DNA of 32,000 nucleotides from Candidatus Syntropharchaeum caldarium (GTDB lineage Archaea > Halobacteriota > Syntropharchaeia > Syntropharchaeales > Syntropharchaeaceae): positions 150,001 to 182,000 of the forward strand of contig LYOS01000002.1 in assembly GCA_001766815.1 (NCBI GenBank), read 5' to 3'. How positions within the stretch are numbered: the first letter of the stretch is position 1; the number at the start of each line of letters is the position of its first letter. Shown piece by piece: positions 1-9,438 of this stretch. The position numbers were made by a program, and so were the translations under genes. The notes beneath the pieces are model-generated. The model searched no databases, was not told the origin of the DNA, and saw only the letters and a list, made by a program, of their open reading frames with translations.

Positions 1-2
1 GA

Positions 3-656
3 GTTGAAGGGATTAGAGACGGGATCAAAGAGGTCTATGAGACAACAAATCTCAAAATCACCTCGCATGCTCCATTCTCAGACCTCAACATCGCATCTGT
101 GAACTATCCAATCTGGTCTGAGTCGATAAGGCAGATAAAGCACTGTATTGATCTGATGAGCGAGTTCATCGAGTTTATAACTGTACATCCTGGTGCCCTC
201 TCTCCGCTTGGAATGCAGATCCCCGATAAAGTGAGGGAACAGGTGATTGCAGGTTTTACAGAGATCTCTGATCACGCTGCGGAGTATGGAATCAGGGTTG
301 GGCTTGAGAACATGATCGATATCGAGATGCTTCTTGCAAGAACACCTGAGGAGGTTCTGGGGATCATCGAGAATGTTGGGCGGGATAATCTCGGCATAAC
401 ATGGGATGTGGGACATTCAAATACAACAGGAACGATCGATGGATTCATAGAAATTCTCGATAAGATCTCCCACGTCCATATCCATGACAATCATGGGAGA
501 AAAGATGAACATCTGCCTGTAGGCGCCGGTACGATCGACTGGGAATATGTGATGCGCAAGCTTGAGGGATTTGATGGAAAGATAATCATCGAGGCGCGGA
601 GTTTGCAGGACGGGCAGGAGGGATTGAACTATCTCCAGAATATTACAGGGATCTAA
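3..656 (+). CDS. Sugar phosphate isomerase/epimerase (xylose isomerase-like TIM barrel), 5' partial
   Basis: The frame is open from the window edge, upstream of the listed Met at 99. The translation reads ...HAPFSDLNIAS...GLENM...WDVGHSN...HIHDNHG..EHLPVG.G.IDW, the typical metal-ligand pattern of AP endonuclease 2 / xylose isomerase-like TIM barrel proteins. Confidence 0.6.
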   Translation, partial: VEGIRDGIKEVYETTNLKITSHAPFSDLNIASVNYPIWSESIRQIKHCIDLMSEFIEFITVHPGALSPLGMQIPDKVREQVIAGFTEISDHAAEYGIRVGLENMIDIEMLLARTPEEVLGIIENVGRDNLGITWDVGHSNTTGTIDGFIEILDKISHVHIHDNHGRKDEHLPVGAGTIDWEYVMRKLEGFDGKIIIEARSLQDGQEGLNYLQNITGI

Positions 657-1234
657 CGTGGTACCTCGATCGGATCATCATGCCCTGGTATGATCACATC
701 AGCGATCTCTTCAATCTTCAGAAAACTCTCCATCGCAAGATCAGGATCCACATGTATTCTCGGGATAACACGCTCGTAGTAGTTGTTACGGGTAGGAATC
801 GCATCCCCTGCAATTACAATGGTTCGCTCTCCACGATAGACGACAGATATGTGCCCCCATGTATGTCCCGGGGTCTCAATTATGGAGATTTTATCTGTTA
901 CCTGGCGCGTATAGGGTTCAACTCCTTCTGTAAACTCGCCCCGTTTGATCTCTGCTGGATGGGCATACTTTGGTATCTCAAAGCGATCGTTGCATCCTGT
1001 ATGATCGGGATGGAGATGTGTATTTATGATACAATCGATGGCATCAACCCCAAACCCGACTGCTTCTATCCCTGCTTTTATCTGATCCCAGTCCTCGCCA
1101 AGTGCAGTATCAACAAGCACTCTCAGATCATCGTCGATCAGAACAACGGTCGATGAGGCGTAGATAACCGAAATTTCATCATATACCACCTTGCCTGGTT
1201 TCACGATATAGAGATTTTCACAGACCTTATTCAT
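653..1234 (-). CDS. MBL-fold metallo-hydrolase
   Basis: 193 aa with the HLHPDHTG (HxHxDH) motif, a later TPGHTWGH and a C-terminal PGHD. There is a 4-nt overlap with the upstream hemB stop. Confidence 0.75.
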   Translation of the reverse strand: MNKVCENLYIVKPGKVVYDEISVIYASSTVVLIDDDLRVLVDTALGEDWDQIKAGIEAVGFGVDAIDCIINTHLHPDHTGCNDRFEIPKYAHPAEIKRGEFTEGVEPYTRQVTDKISIIETPGHTWGHISVVYRGERTIVIAGDAIPTRNNYYERVIPRIHVDPDLAMESFLKIEEIADVIIPGHDDPIEVPR

Positions 1235-2211
1235 CGAAGCTCCTCCAGATAGCGCGCAATATCCTTTGCAGCATAGGTGATTATCATATCAGCGCCAGCA
1301 CGCTTCATCGAGAGGTGCATCTCATACATAACCTTCGTTTCATCGATCCAGCCCTGCATCGCCGCTGCCTTTACCATTGAGTACTCACCACTTACACTGT
1401 AAACAGCGGTCGGCATTCCAAATGTGCTCCTGATACGATATACCAGATCAAGGTATGATAGTGCAGGCTTCACCATCACGATGTCAGCACCCTCTAAAAT
1501 ATCAAGTTCAACCTCACGTATCGCCTCATCGGCATTTCCAGGGTCCATCTGGTACGAAGAGCGGTCACCAAATGTATAGGAAGAGTCTGCGGCATCCCTG
1601 AATGGTGCATAGAAGCTGGATGCATATTTTGCAGCATAGGACATGATGAGTGTATCCTGATACCCATTTTCATCAAGAATACCCCTGATCGAGGATACCA
1701 TACCATCCATCATACCTGAGGGTGCAACAATATCAGCACCCGCCCTTGCATGCGATAGAGCCATCCCTGCGATTTTTTCAAGTGTCGGATCGTTCAGGAT
1801 CTTTTCACCCTCAACTATTCCACAGTGTCCATGCGTTGTGTACTCGCAGAGACAGACGTCTGTTATAATAACGAGCCTATCACCAAGCGCATCCCGTATC
1901 GCCTCAATCGTGCGTTGTATGACCCCTTCTTCATCAAGCGCAGAGGTTCCAGCAGCATCTTTCGTTTCTGGTATCCCGAAGAGGAGCACGGCAGGGATCC
2001 CGAGATCACAAAGCTCATCGATTTCATTCACAACTCCATCGGGTGGCAGCCTGAACTGTCCTGGCATCGAACCGATCTCACGCTTTCTGGTTATTGTCTC
2101 ATCGACAAAGATTGGGTATATCAGATCTCTGGGACTTAGAACTGCCTCTCGAATCATATCTCTTATCAGTGGAGACGCTCTTGTCCTTCGCATTCTTGTT
2201 ATTGGAAACAT
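1231..2211 (-). CDS. hemB: Porphobilinogen synthase (delta-aminolevulinate dehydratase)
   Basis: 326 aa. N-terminus is [17 protein letters not shown]...LIYPIFV. Also present are an active-site region PSGMMDG and the Schiff-base lysine context [17 protein letters not shown]. Confidence 0.9.
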   Translation of the reverse strand: MFPITRMRRTRASPLIRDMIREAVLSPRDLIYPIFVDETITRKREIGSMPGQFRLPPDGVVNEIDELCDLGIPAVLLFGIPETKDAAGTSALDEEGVIQRTIEAIRDALGDRLVIITDVCLCEYTTHGHCGIVEGEKILNDPTLEKIAGMALSHARAGADIVAPSGMMDGMVSSIRGILDENGYQDTLIMSYAAKYASSFYAPFRDAADSSYTFGDRSSYQMDPGNADEAIREVELDILEGADIVMVKPALSYLDLVYRIRSTFGMPTAVYSVSGEYSMVKAAAMQGWIDETKVMYEMHLSMKRAGADMIITYAAKDIARYLEELR

Positions 2212-2855
2212 GCTTCAAGCTCCTTATCTACTCCTTTTATCAGCGTTCCCTTAAATGCTCTTTCCTCGATTGCATCCAGTATACGCTCGGGGTACCTTCC
2301 ATTGAGAACTGTGCAGTCCATGCCATGTTTGATCAGGAAGTCTGGAAGTGCCCTGTCTGTACAGGATAACTCAAGTTCTCTGAGTTTGCGGGCTGATACC
2401 ACCAGAAGAAGGTTGCCATCATGAAATACGCCATCCACATCGGTCAGTTTCAGGAATTTTGCCCCAAGCTCTTTTGCAACCCATGCAGCAATCGTATCAG
2501 AGGTAACATCCCACGTATGCGGTAATGGATCATGAGCTCGCATAATCTGGCTCAAAAGAAGAATTGAAATATTATTAGATCGTCCAAGATCCTCAAAACG
2601 ATCAATGAGCCTGATACCTCCAGTATCTCCAAGATAAATCCCATACTGGTCCATTGCAAGGATTGCCATCAGGTGAGAGGCATCGTCAGAGATATTTGAG
2701 GTATATCTTCGCACCTGATCTGCAAATACTCCCCCGCCTGGCACAATCACGATATTGAGATCCTTTTTGAGGACAATATCTTTCAGACACTCCAATAAAT
2801 CATTAGACTCATCTATCAGCGAACCTCCAACCTTGATGACGATGACGCCGGTCAT
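2199..2855 (-). CDS. Amino acid kinase family protein (archaeal COG2054-type; possibly the methanofuran-pathway kinase MfnE)
   Basis: 218 aa with VIKVGGSL...[14 protein letters not shown]...[12 protein letters not shown]. It lacks the GGGxxAR context of UMP kinase. The MfnE assignment is an inference from size and family only. Confidence 0.5.
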   Translation of the reverse strand: MTGVIVIKVGGSLIDESNDLLECLKDIVLKKDLNIVIVPGGGVFADQVRRYTSNISDDASHLMAILAMDQYGIYLGDTGGIRLIDRFEDLGRSNNISILLLSQIMRAHDPLPHTWDVTSDTIAAWVAKELGAKFLKLTDVDGVFHDGNLLLVVSARKLRELELSCTDRALPDFLIKHGMDCTVLNGRYPERILDAIEERAFKGTLIKGVDKELEACFQ

Positions 2856-3793
2856 TGGTACATACAGCTCTTTCTTCGAAGCGTCTCCACAAATTCAGAT
2901 GTATCTGCGATCTTTTCGACCTCTCGATCTTCTATTATCACTGTATTATCAATGTTCTTCGCTTTTGATCGCCCCTCTATGATCACAACAGACATCGTTC
3001 CTGTTACACGTGAGATGCTGCTCATGATTTTTGCACGCTTTATAACTGATGAAACGTTCTTACCTGACCCTGTCAGGATCTTTGTACGCTTTTTATCCTC
3101 TGAAATTGCATCAAATGGTGCCTGTGGCGTTACATGAACATCAAAACCAATTTCAGACATCAGTTGCAGCACTTCAGACGGTAATTCTGTGTTTTCCTCG
3201 CTTGTATCATTTACCCTGGTGAAAAACGGATCGATCGAAGTTAGAACATCCTCTCCAAGCACTTCCTGAAGCTCAATCGCTTTTGATACCGTTGTCTCCA
3301 TCAGATCTTCCTCATATCGACTTATACTTCGTCTTGAGACACCGATCATCTTTGAAAGATCGCCGAGTGAAAGCCCTTTTTGGAGGCGTGCACGTCTGAT
3401 CGCTGTACCATTGATCCTGACATACAGCCCACCACGCTCCGAATAGACATAAATCCTGATTCCATTCAAGATATAATCAGAGAGTGTCGCAAGGTTCATC
3501 GATGGGATGCCATAGCGCCTGTACAGTACTCCTCTCTCAAGGTATCGCCCTTTCATCCGATCTCCGATGATGAGTGGTGATGCCATGAGGTGTTTTGTGA
3601 TCCGCTTAAGTTCCTCAGCCATTTCCTGGCTCACAGCATCAATATTTGATAACACCTTCAGTAGCAGGATCTGATCATCCTTGCTTGCTACAATATCAAA
3701 ACTTCTTGGTCTTACATCACATCGCTCTGATGTTGCAAATCCTCCTCTATTCAATACTTCTATCACTGAGAGGAGTAGAAGCGAACGGTTCAT
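2852..3793 (-). CDS. Putative HTH (XRE-type) transcriptional regulator, conserved archaeal ~310-aa family
   Basis: A central helix-turn-helix reads LQKGLSLGDLSKMIGVSRRSISRYEE. I place the start at Met35 of the listed ORF (ATG at 3793). The first 34 codons translate an AT-rich, promoter-like tract and would overlap the glnA stop. Confidence 0.6.
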   Translation of the reverse strand: MNRSLLLLSVIEVLNRGGFATSERCDVRPRSFDIVASKDDQILLLKVLSNIDAVSQEMAEELKRITKHLMASPLIIGDRMKGRYLERGVLYRRYGIPSMNLATLSDYILNGIRIYVYSERGGLYVRINGTAIRRARLQKGLSLGDLSKMIGVSRRSISRYEEDLMETTVSKAIELQEVLGEDVLTSIDPFFTRVNDTSEENTELPSEVLQLMSEIGFDVHVTPQAPFDAISEDKKRTKILTGSGKNVSSVIKRAKIMSSISRVTGTMSVVIIEGRSKAKNIDNTVIIEDREVEKIADTSEFVETLRRKSCMYQ

Positions 3794-3891
3794 AATAAAA
3801 GTTTGTATTAAAGGTTTATGTATTTTATCATTAAAAGGAGGTGTAATGAAGGTAAGAGGGATGATTAAAAAATATATTCCCCATAACTTTA

Positions 3892-5217
3892 TCACAGTAC
3901 TGGAAGCAACTTCTTTATCTCAAATGGCGTAATCTGAACCCTGTATTCATCCCATTCGATATGCTTGCTCACGATGAAATTGTGAAATATGTGATCACCA
4001 AGCGTCTTTCTTACAAGCTCACTCTTCTCTGTGATATTTATCGCCTCAATGAGGCTTCCTGGAAGCGAATCAATCTCAAGCTTTTTCCGTTCTTCATCGG
4101 TAATATGATACAGATCCTGTTCCATCTGGGGAGGGAGTTCATACTTCTTTTCGATCCCTTCAAGTCCTGCTGCAAGCATCACTGAGAATGCGAGGTATGG
4201 ATTGCACGCAGGATCAGGGCTTCTATACTCAATCCTTGTAGCTTTTTCCTTGCCTGGTTTGTACATTGGAACTCTCACGAGGGTTGATCTGTTCCTTCGC
4301 GCCCATGAGATATAGACAGGTGCTTCATATCCTGGAACCAGCCGCTTGTATGAGTTCATCCACTGGTTTGTAATAGCCGTGATCTCCTTTGCATGATGAA
4401 GGAGGCCCGCGATGTAGTATCTGCATGTATCAGATAAACCCATCTCATCATCTGGATCAAAGAATACGTTCTTATCGCCTTTGAAGAGGGACTGATGTAC
4501 ATGCATACCTGATCCGTTCACACCAAAGATCGGTTTTGGCATGAACGTCGCATAAACCCCGTGCATCCGTGCGATCTCCTTTACGACCATTCTGTAGGTC
4601 ATGACATTGTCTGCCATCGTGAGTGCATCCATATATCTGAGATCGATCTCATGCTGGGAGGGTGCAACCTCATGATGACTGTACTCAACATATATCCCCA
4701 TCTCTTCAAGCGCAAGGATCGTATCTCTTCGCCAGTCAGATGCGGCATCAAGTGTTGTCAGATCAAAGTATCCACCTTCATCGAGTACCTCTGTTGTTAG
4801 TTCATCCTTGAAGTAGAAGTATTCAAGCTCGGGACCAACATACATTGTGTAACCCATCTCCTCCAGCCGCTGAAGATTTCGTTTCAGGGCGTATCTCGGA
4901 TCACCCTCATAAGGGGTTCCGTCTGGCTGAAGAATATCGCAGAACATCCGTCCAACTGCTTTATCCTTTGGTTTCCATGGTATCAACTGGAAGGTTGCAG
5001 GATCTGGCTTTGCGATCATGTCACTCTCATCTATCCTTGCAAACCCCTGTATGGATGATCCATCAAAGCCCATACCCTCTGCAAATGCACTTTCAAGTTC
5101 ATCCTTGTTTATCGCAAAGCTCTTTAGCTGCCCGAGAATATCAGTAAACCACATCTGGATAAACCGTACGTCAGTGGCTTCAATTATTTCAAAGACGTCA
5201 TCTACATTCGTCCCCAT
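3892..5217 (-). CDS. glnA: Glutamine synthetase type I
   Basis: 441 aa with FTDILG, MPKPIFGVNGSGMHVHQSLF and NSYKRLVPGYEAP..ISW..RNRS.LVRVP signatures. AGGAGA lies upstream of the ATG. Confidence 0.93.
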   Translation of the reverse strand: MGTNVDDVFEIIEATDVRFIQMWFTDILGQLKSFAINKDELESAFAEGMGFDGSSIQGFARIDESDMIAKPDPATFQLIPWKPKDKAVGRMFCDILQPDGTPYEGDPRYALKRNLQRLEEMGYTMYVGPELEYFYFKDELTTEVLDEGGYFDLTTLDAASDWRRDTILALEEMGIYVEYSHHEVAPSQHEIDLRYMDALTMADNVMTYRMVVKEIARMHGVYATFMPKPIFGVNGSGMHVHQSLFKGDKNVFFDPDDEMGLSDTCRYYIAGLLHHAKEITAITNQWMNSYKRLVPGYEAPVYISWARRNRSTLVRVPMYKPGKEKATRIEYRSPDPACNPYLAFSVMLAAGLEGIEKKYELPPQMEQDLYHITDEERKKLEIDSLPGSLIEAINITEKSELVRKTLGDHIFHNFIVSKHIEWDEYRVQITPFEIKKLLPVL

Positions 5218-5258
5218 CTTTGAGTCTCCTTTACGTGGGCATTATTTATGGAAGGACT

Positions 5259-5266
5259 ATATAAAT
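5259..5266 (-). promoter_or_regulatory. Candidate TATA box for glnA
   Basis: The minus strand reads TTTATATA about 40-45 nt upstream of the glnA ATG, followed by the AGGAGA Shine-Dalgarno-like element (plus-strand tctcct at 5225-5230). Confidence 0.35.
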
Positions 5267-5365
5267 TTAATTGCTAACTCCTCTTAATTTTCATTAAAAA
5301 CTAAAGATTCCACAAAAAAATATTTATAGTGGTGATGTTTTCAATAGTTTAAGGGGGATCGATCG

Positions 5366-5818
5366 ATGACACAAAAAATTGACGATCTGGATGTTAAGGT
5401 GATACGAGAACTCAAGAAGGATGCAAGAACGAGCTACAGAGAAATATCAGAGCGACTTGGAGTTTCAGAAGGTACAGTTTACAATCGTGTTCAGAAGATG
5501 CGTGAGATTGGTGTGATAAAGCGGTTCATACCTGAGATTGATTACTCAAAGCTTGGATACGATCTTGCTGTCCTGATCGGTATCAGAGTTGATGGTGGCT
5601 ATCTTGGTGAGGTTGAAAAGGTGCTGGCATCGGAGCCAAACGTCTCCGCAGTCTTTGATGTTACTGGGGACTATGATACTATGGTTATCGCAAAATTCAG
5701 GGGAAGGGAAGAGCTCAATGATCTTGTGAAGCGCGTTCTTGCAGTTCCACACGTTCGAAGGACCCATACAATGCTCGTTTTAAACACGGTCAAGGAAGAG
5801 CATGGTATCGAGATATAA
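5366..5818 (+). CDS. Lrp/AsnC family transcriptional regulator
   Basis: 150 aa. N-terminal wHTH is LDVKVIRELKKDARTSYREISERLGVSEGTVYNRVQKM, followed by a C-terminal RAM/AsnC domain. The gene is divergent from glnA. Confidence 0.85.
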   Translation: MTQKIDDLDVKVIRELKKDARTSYREISERLGVSEGTVYNRVQKMREIGVIKRFIPEIDYSKLGYDLAVLIGIRVDGGYLGEVEKVLASEPNVSAVFDVTGDYDTMVIAKFRGREELNDLVKRVLAVPHVRRTHTMLVLNTVKEEHGIEI

Positions 5819-5835
5819 GGCAACTTACCGTAATC

Positions 5836-7140
5836 GTGCAGGATATTTCGTTTTTTCTCCTGATATCGTCGATCTTCGCAGGCTATCTCCTCGGTGTAAT
5901 CTCTGGGCTGACACCTGGAATCCATACAAACAACTTCGCACTACTGCTCACCGCATCAACCCCTTTACTTCAGAGGTTTGGAATTGAGCCAATATACATC
6001 GTTCTCATAATCCTGACAAACTCGATAACCCATACTTTCCTTGATATAATTCCCTCCGTCTTTCTTGGAGCACCTGAGGCCGATACAGCTTTAGTACTCT
6101 TACCTGGACACAGATTGATGCTTGATGGAAGAGGAGAGGAGGCAATAAGACTGTCAGCCTTTGGAAGTGCAGCTTCGATCATTCTTTCACTCGTATTTCT
6201 CTTTCCGCTCTTTTTTCTCTTCAAACATTTTTATACACAGATCTACAACCAGATGGGTATAATCCTGATCTGGATCGTCTTTGTGATGATACTGACAGAG
6301 AGGGGTGAGAGAATTGAGGGGCAGGGATCGCTTGCCGCATGGAAATACAGGACGTACGCTTCTGCAATTTTCATCCTTTCAGGCATTCTTGGTATCCTTG
6401 CATTTGAACGTGAGGTGCTCATCGATCCGCTCATTGGATTTCTCGACACATCCGTGCTTTTCCCACTCTTTTCAGGTCTTTTCGGTGCCTCGATGTTGAT
6501 AATAAGTATCCTGACGCATACAGCAATTCCACCACAGAAAAAGGGCGGTTTCAAACTCCCTGCATGGCAGATCATCAGGGGAACGACTAGTGGAACACTC
6601 GCGGGTGGGATCGTTGCTTTTCTGCCTGGCATCTCATCAGCCATCGCAACTCTTCTTGCGCGGCTCACAATAAGGGATGATACAGGGCGAGGATCGAATG
6701 AAGAGTTTATCCTGTCACTCTCAGGTGTTAACACCGCAAATGCACTTTTTGCTATCATCGCACTCTATACGATCAACAGACCAAGAAGCGGTGCAATGGT
6801 TGCAATCGAAGGCGCAATCGATCCAGCTTTATGGACACCTGATACAATAAACCTTTTTCTGCTGATAATACTACTCGTATCACTCCTCTCTTATGTTACA
6901 ACAATACAGCTGGGCAGACTCGTTCCTGCATTGATCCAGCAGGTAAATTACACCCATCTCTCGCTTATGATACTTCTCCTGCTCTCGGTGCTTGTCCTCA
7001 TATTTTCTGGTATATTTGGTCTCATCCTTTTTATTACAGCAACTGTGATCGGGATGATACCGGCATTTGCAGGTGTCAGAAGAATTCATTCGATGGGAGT
7101 TCTGCTTTTACCGCTCATTCTCTATTTCAACGGGTTTTAA
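5836..7140 (+). CDS. Polytopic membrane protein, TctA-like / DUF112 family (COG1784-type)
   Basis: 434 aa starting at GTG, with about 10-12 hydrophobic segments and an LTPGIHTNN motif near the N-terminus. The family call is from memory of archaeal TctA-like proteins. Confidence 0.5.
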   Translation: MQDISFFLLISSIFAGYLLGVISGLTPGIHTNNFALLLTASTPLLQRFGIEPIYIVLIILTNSITHTFLDIIPSVFLGAPEADTALVLLPGHRLMLDGRGEEAIRLSAFGSAASIILSLVFLFPLFFLFKHFYTQIYNQMGIILIWIVFVMILTERGERIEGQGSLAAWKYRTYASAIFILSGILGILAFEREVLIDPLIGFLDTSVLFPLFSGLFGASMLIISILTHTAIPPQKKGGFKLPAWQIIRGTTSGTLAGGIVAFLPGISSAIATLLARLTIRDDTGRGSNEEFILSLSGVNTANALFAIIALYTINRPRSGAMVAIEGAIDPALWTPDTINLFLLIILLVSLLSYVTTIQLGRLVPALIQQVNYTHLSLMILLLLSVLVLIFSGIFGLILFITATVIGMIPAFAGVRRIHSMGVLLLPLILYFNGF

Positions 7141-7208
7141 TGTTCCTTATCAGATATGGTTAGCGTCATCTACCATCAATCTTTATATATTATAACAAAC
7201 ACAATAAA

Positions 7209-7244
7209 GTCAGACATGTTGTCAGACATTTGACGTACAATGTC
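7209..7244 (+). promoter_or_regulatory. Operator-like repeat cluster upstream of the RHH-ftsZ unit
   Basis: GTCAGACAT occurs at 7209-7217 and again at 7221-7229 (12-nt period). It overlaps an inverted repeat GACATT (7225-7230) / AATGTC (7239-7244). The cluster lies downstream of a TTTATATATTA element (about 7181-7192) and upstream of the RHH start at 7305. Confidence 0.3.
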
Positions 7245-7304
7245 GGTTTGGGTACGACAGTTGGCTGCCGTGGTCGGCTCATCGTCAACTGAAAGGGGAT
7301 CTCA

Positions 7305-7577
7305 ATGGAACGAATAACGGTGAGGCTTCCTGAAAAGCAAATTATAGCACTCAACGCACTGGTTGAGACTGGGGAATATGCTTCCACCAGCGAGGTGGTC
7401 AGGGAAGCCATAAGAGAGTTCCTTAAGAAGCATGGATTTGGGGTCAATCTCACCAATCTGATGCTTGAGCGAACAAAACAGCTATCTGAGATCTCTGAGA
7501 ACCTGAACAAAATAGTACAGTCCGAACAGGATATAGATTATGTAAGTGGGGTGGATGGATGTCGTTTGATTCGGTAG
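7305..7577 (+). CDS. Ribbon-helix-helix (CopG/Arc family) DNA-binding protein, CdrS-like by synteny with ftsZ
   Basis: 90 aa with N-terminus [40 protein letters not shown], a classic RHH. It overlaps the ftsZ start by 19 nt. Small RHH genes directly upstream of ftsZ2 (cdrS) are described in haloarchaea. Confidence 0.55.
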   Translation: MERITVRLPEKQIIALNALVETGEYASTSEVVREAIREFLKKHGFGVNLTNLMLERTKQLSEISENLNKIVQSEQDIDYVSGVDGCRLIR

Positions 7578-8659
7578 TAGAAAATGCATCGAAATATGAT
7601 GCAAAGGTGAATACCATAAGTAACCAGGAACTTGAGATGTTTGGAGCGCCAAGAATCATGGTGATCGGGTGTGGTGGTGCAGGCAATAACACCATAAATC
7701 GACTCTATGATATTGGGATAGATGGTGCAGAGGCCATTGCGATAAATACCGATAAGCAGCACCTTGATATGATTCGTGCCCACAAAAAGGTACTGGTTGG
7801 AAAGACACTGACTCGTGGGCTTGGCGCAGGTGGTTTTCCAGAAGTTGGGAGGAAAGCTGCTGAGATCGCCAGAGGCACACTCGAAGAGCTCCTTGCGGAT
7901 GTGGACATGGTTTTCATCACTGCTGGCATGGGTGGGGGAACAGGTACTGGAACTGCACCGATTGTGGCAGAGGTAGCTAAAGAGAGGGGTGCAATTGTTG
8001 TGGGAATGGTCTCAACACCTTTCAATGCAGAACGTGCGCGTAGGGGAAAAGCAGAGGAAGGGCTTGAGGAGCTCAGACGGTCTGCGGATACTGTGATCGT
8101 CCTTGATAACAACCACCTTCTCAAGTATGTTCCGAACTTACCCATACGAAAGGCATTCTCGGTTATGGATCAGCTGATCGCAGAGACTGTTAAGGGTATC
8201 ACCGAGACGATCACGCAGCCATCGATGATCAATCTCGACTTTGCAGATATCAAGGCTGTGATGAACTATGGTGGTGTCGCTTCTATGCTCGTTGGTGAGG
8301 CAAGACAGAGCCAGGACAGGGTGGATACGGTTGTTCGCAATGCGTTGACGCATCCATTGCTTGAAGTGGACTATCGCGGCGCAACAGGGTCGATCGTCCA
8401 CATAACAGGTGGTCCTGATCTCACGCTTACAGAAGCAAACGAGATCGTTGAGGCGCTCACCTTTGAACTTGATGGAAATGCAAATGTAATCTGGGGTGCG
8501 CGGATCGATCCAGCATGTGAAGGTATGGTTAAGGTCATGGCGATCATGACCGGGGTTGAGAGTTCACAGATACTTGGACCTGAAAAAGAGAAGAGAGAGC
8601 GGGCTTTTGTTCCAAGAATCCAGAACACGATCGAGGTAGGAATACCGAAGATCTGTTAA
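7559..8659 (+). CDS. ftsZ: Cell division protein FtsZ
   Basis: 366 aa with [17 protein letters not shown] and the tubulin signature [15 protein letters not shown]. Confidence 0.93.
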   Translation: MSFDSVVENASKYDAKVNTISNQELEMFGAPRIMVIGCGGAGNNTINRLYDIGIDGAEAIAINTDKQHLDMIRAHKKVLVGKTLTRGLGAGGFPEVGRKAAEIARGTLEELLADVDMVFITAGMGGGTGTGTAPIVAEVAKERGAIVVGMVSTPFNAERARRGKAEEGLEELRRSADTVIVLDNNHLLKYVPNLPIRKAFSVMDQLIAETVKGITETITQPSMINLDFADIKAVMNYGGVASMLVGEARQSQDRVDTVVRNALTHPLLEVDYRGATGSIVHITGGPDLTLTEANEIVEALTFELDGNANVIWGARIDPACEGMVKVMAIMTGVESSQILGPEKEKRERAFVPRIQNTIEVGIPKIC

Positions 8660-8692
8660 TCACGTTTAACCCCCCTTTTTTCTTTTTTATCG

Positions 8693-9436
8693 ATGAAAAC
8701 AGATAGAGGACTGATCGAGAATATACTTGAGAAGACAAAATTAAGGGTTGAAAGGCTAAAAGATCATAAAAGTATAGAGAACGAGATAAGAAAAGCACAG
8801 AAAGCAGGAAAAATCCCTTTAATCTCTGAGATAAAACCTGCAAGCCCGTTAAAAGATCTCAGACCAATACAGGATCCTCTTGAAGTTCTGGGTGCGATGG
8901 AACGTGGGGGTGCATCCGGGATATCGGTTCTGACTGAGCCATATTTTTTCAAAGGTTCATTCGATTTTCTGAGATCTGTGTCAGCAAGTTCAAAGCTTCC
9001 GACTTTGAGAAAAGACTTTATCATTGATCCCATTCAGGTCGCTGAGACGGTTGCTTCTGGTGCGGATATGCTGCTTCTGATTGTCGGAATTCTTACAGAA
9101 ACACAGTTGAGGGAGCTTTATGCATCTGCTATCGAATTTGGCATCACACCTGTTGTCGAGGTGCAATCGAGAGATGAGATTGAACTTGCAGACTTCTGCG
9201 ATATTGTAATGATAAATAATCGAAACCTCTGGGATCTCACGGTTGATATTTCCAGAACAGAAAAGTTAATTGGATATATTGGTAAAAAAACGATTATAAG
9301 TGCAAGTGGGATAAAAACAAGGGCTGACGCACTCAGGATGATCGATTGTGGTGCAGATGCTGTGCTTGTTGGGTCGTCGATCATGGAGAGTGAGGATATA
9401 GAATTAAAGGTACGTGAACTTGTGTGGGGTGATTGA
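8693..9436 (+). CDS. trpC: Indole-3-glycerol phosphate synthase
   Basis: 247 aa with EIKPASPL, SVLTEPYFFKGS, LRKDFIIDPIQV and a C-terminal SGI...GADAVLVGSS. Confidence 0.85.
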   Translation: MKTDRGLIENILEKTKLRVERLKDHKSIENEIRKAQKAGKIPLISEIKPASPLKDLRPIQDPLEVLGAMERGGASGISVLTEPYFFKGSFDFLRSVSASSKLPTLRKDFIIDPIQVAETVASGADMLLLIVGILTETQLRELYASAIEFGITPVVEVQSRDEIELADFCDIVMINNRNLWDLTVDISRTEKLIGYIGKKTIISASGIKTRADALRMIDCGADAVLVGSSIMESEDIELKVRELVWGD

Positions 9437-9438
9437 AA

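Noticed and set aside
2852-3895. The ORF track gives long N-terminal extensions for the HTH regulator (to 3895), pyrB (from 11120), trpB (to 28749) and ORF 24913.
   Set aside because: The extensions translate AT-rich promoter tracts or the 3' ends of neighbouring genes. Internal Met codons with ribosome-binding sites, or with family-typical N-termini, give better starts.
5218-5365. I looked for an NrpR-type nitrogen operator (GGAA-N6-TTCC) in the glnA-lrp intergenic region.
   Set aside because: No GGAA-N6-TTCC was found on either strand by eye. Only TATA-like elements and ribosome-binding sites are evident.
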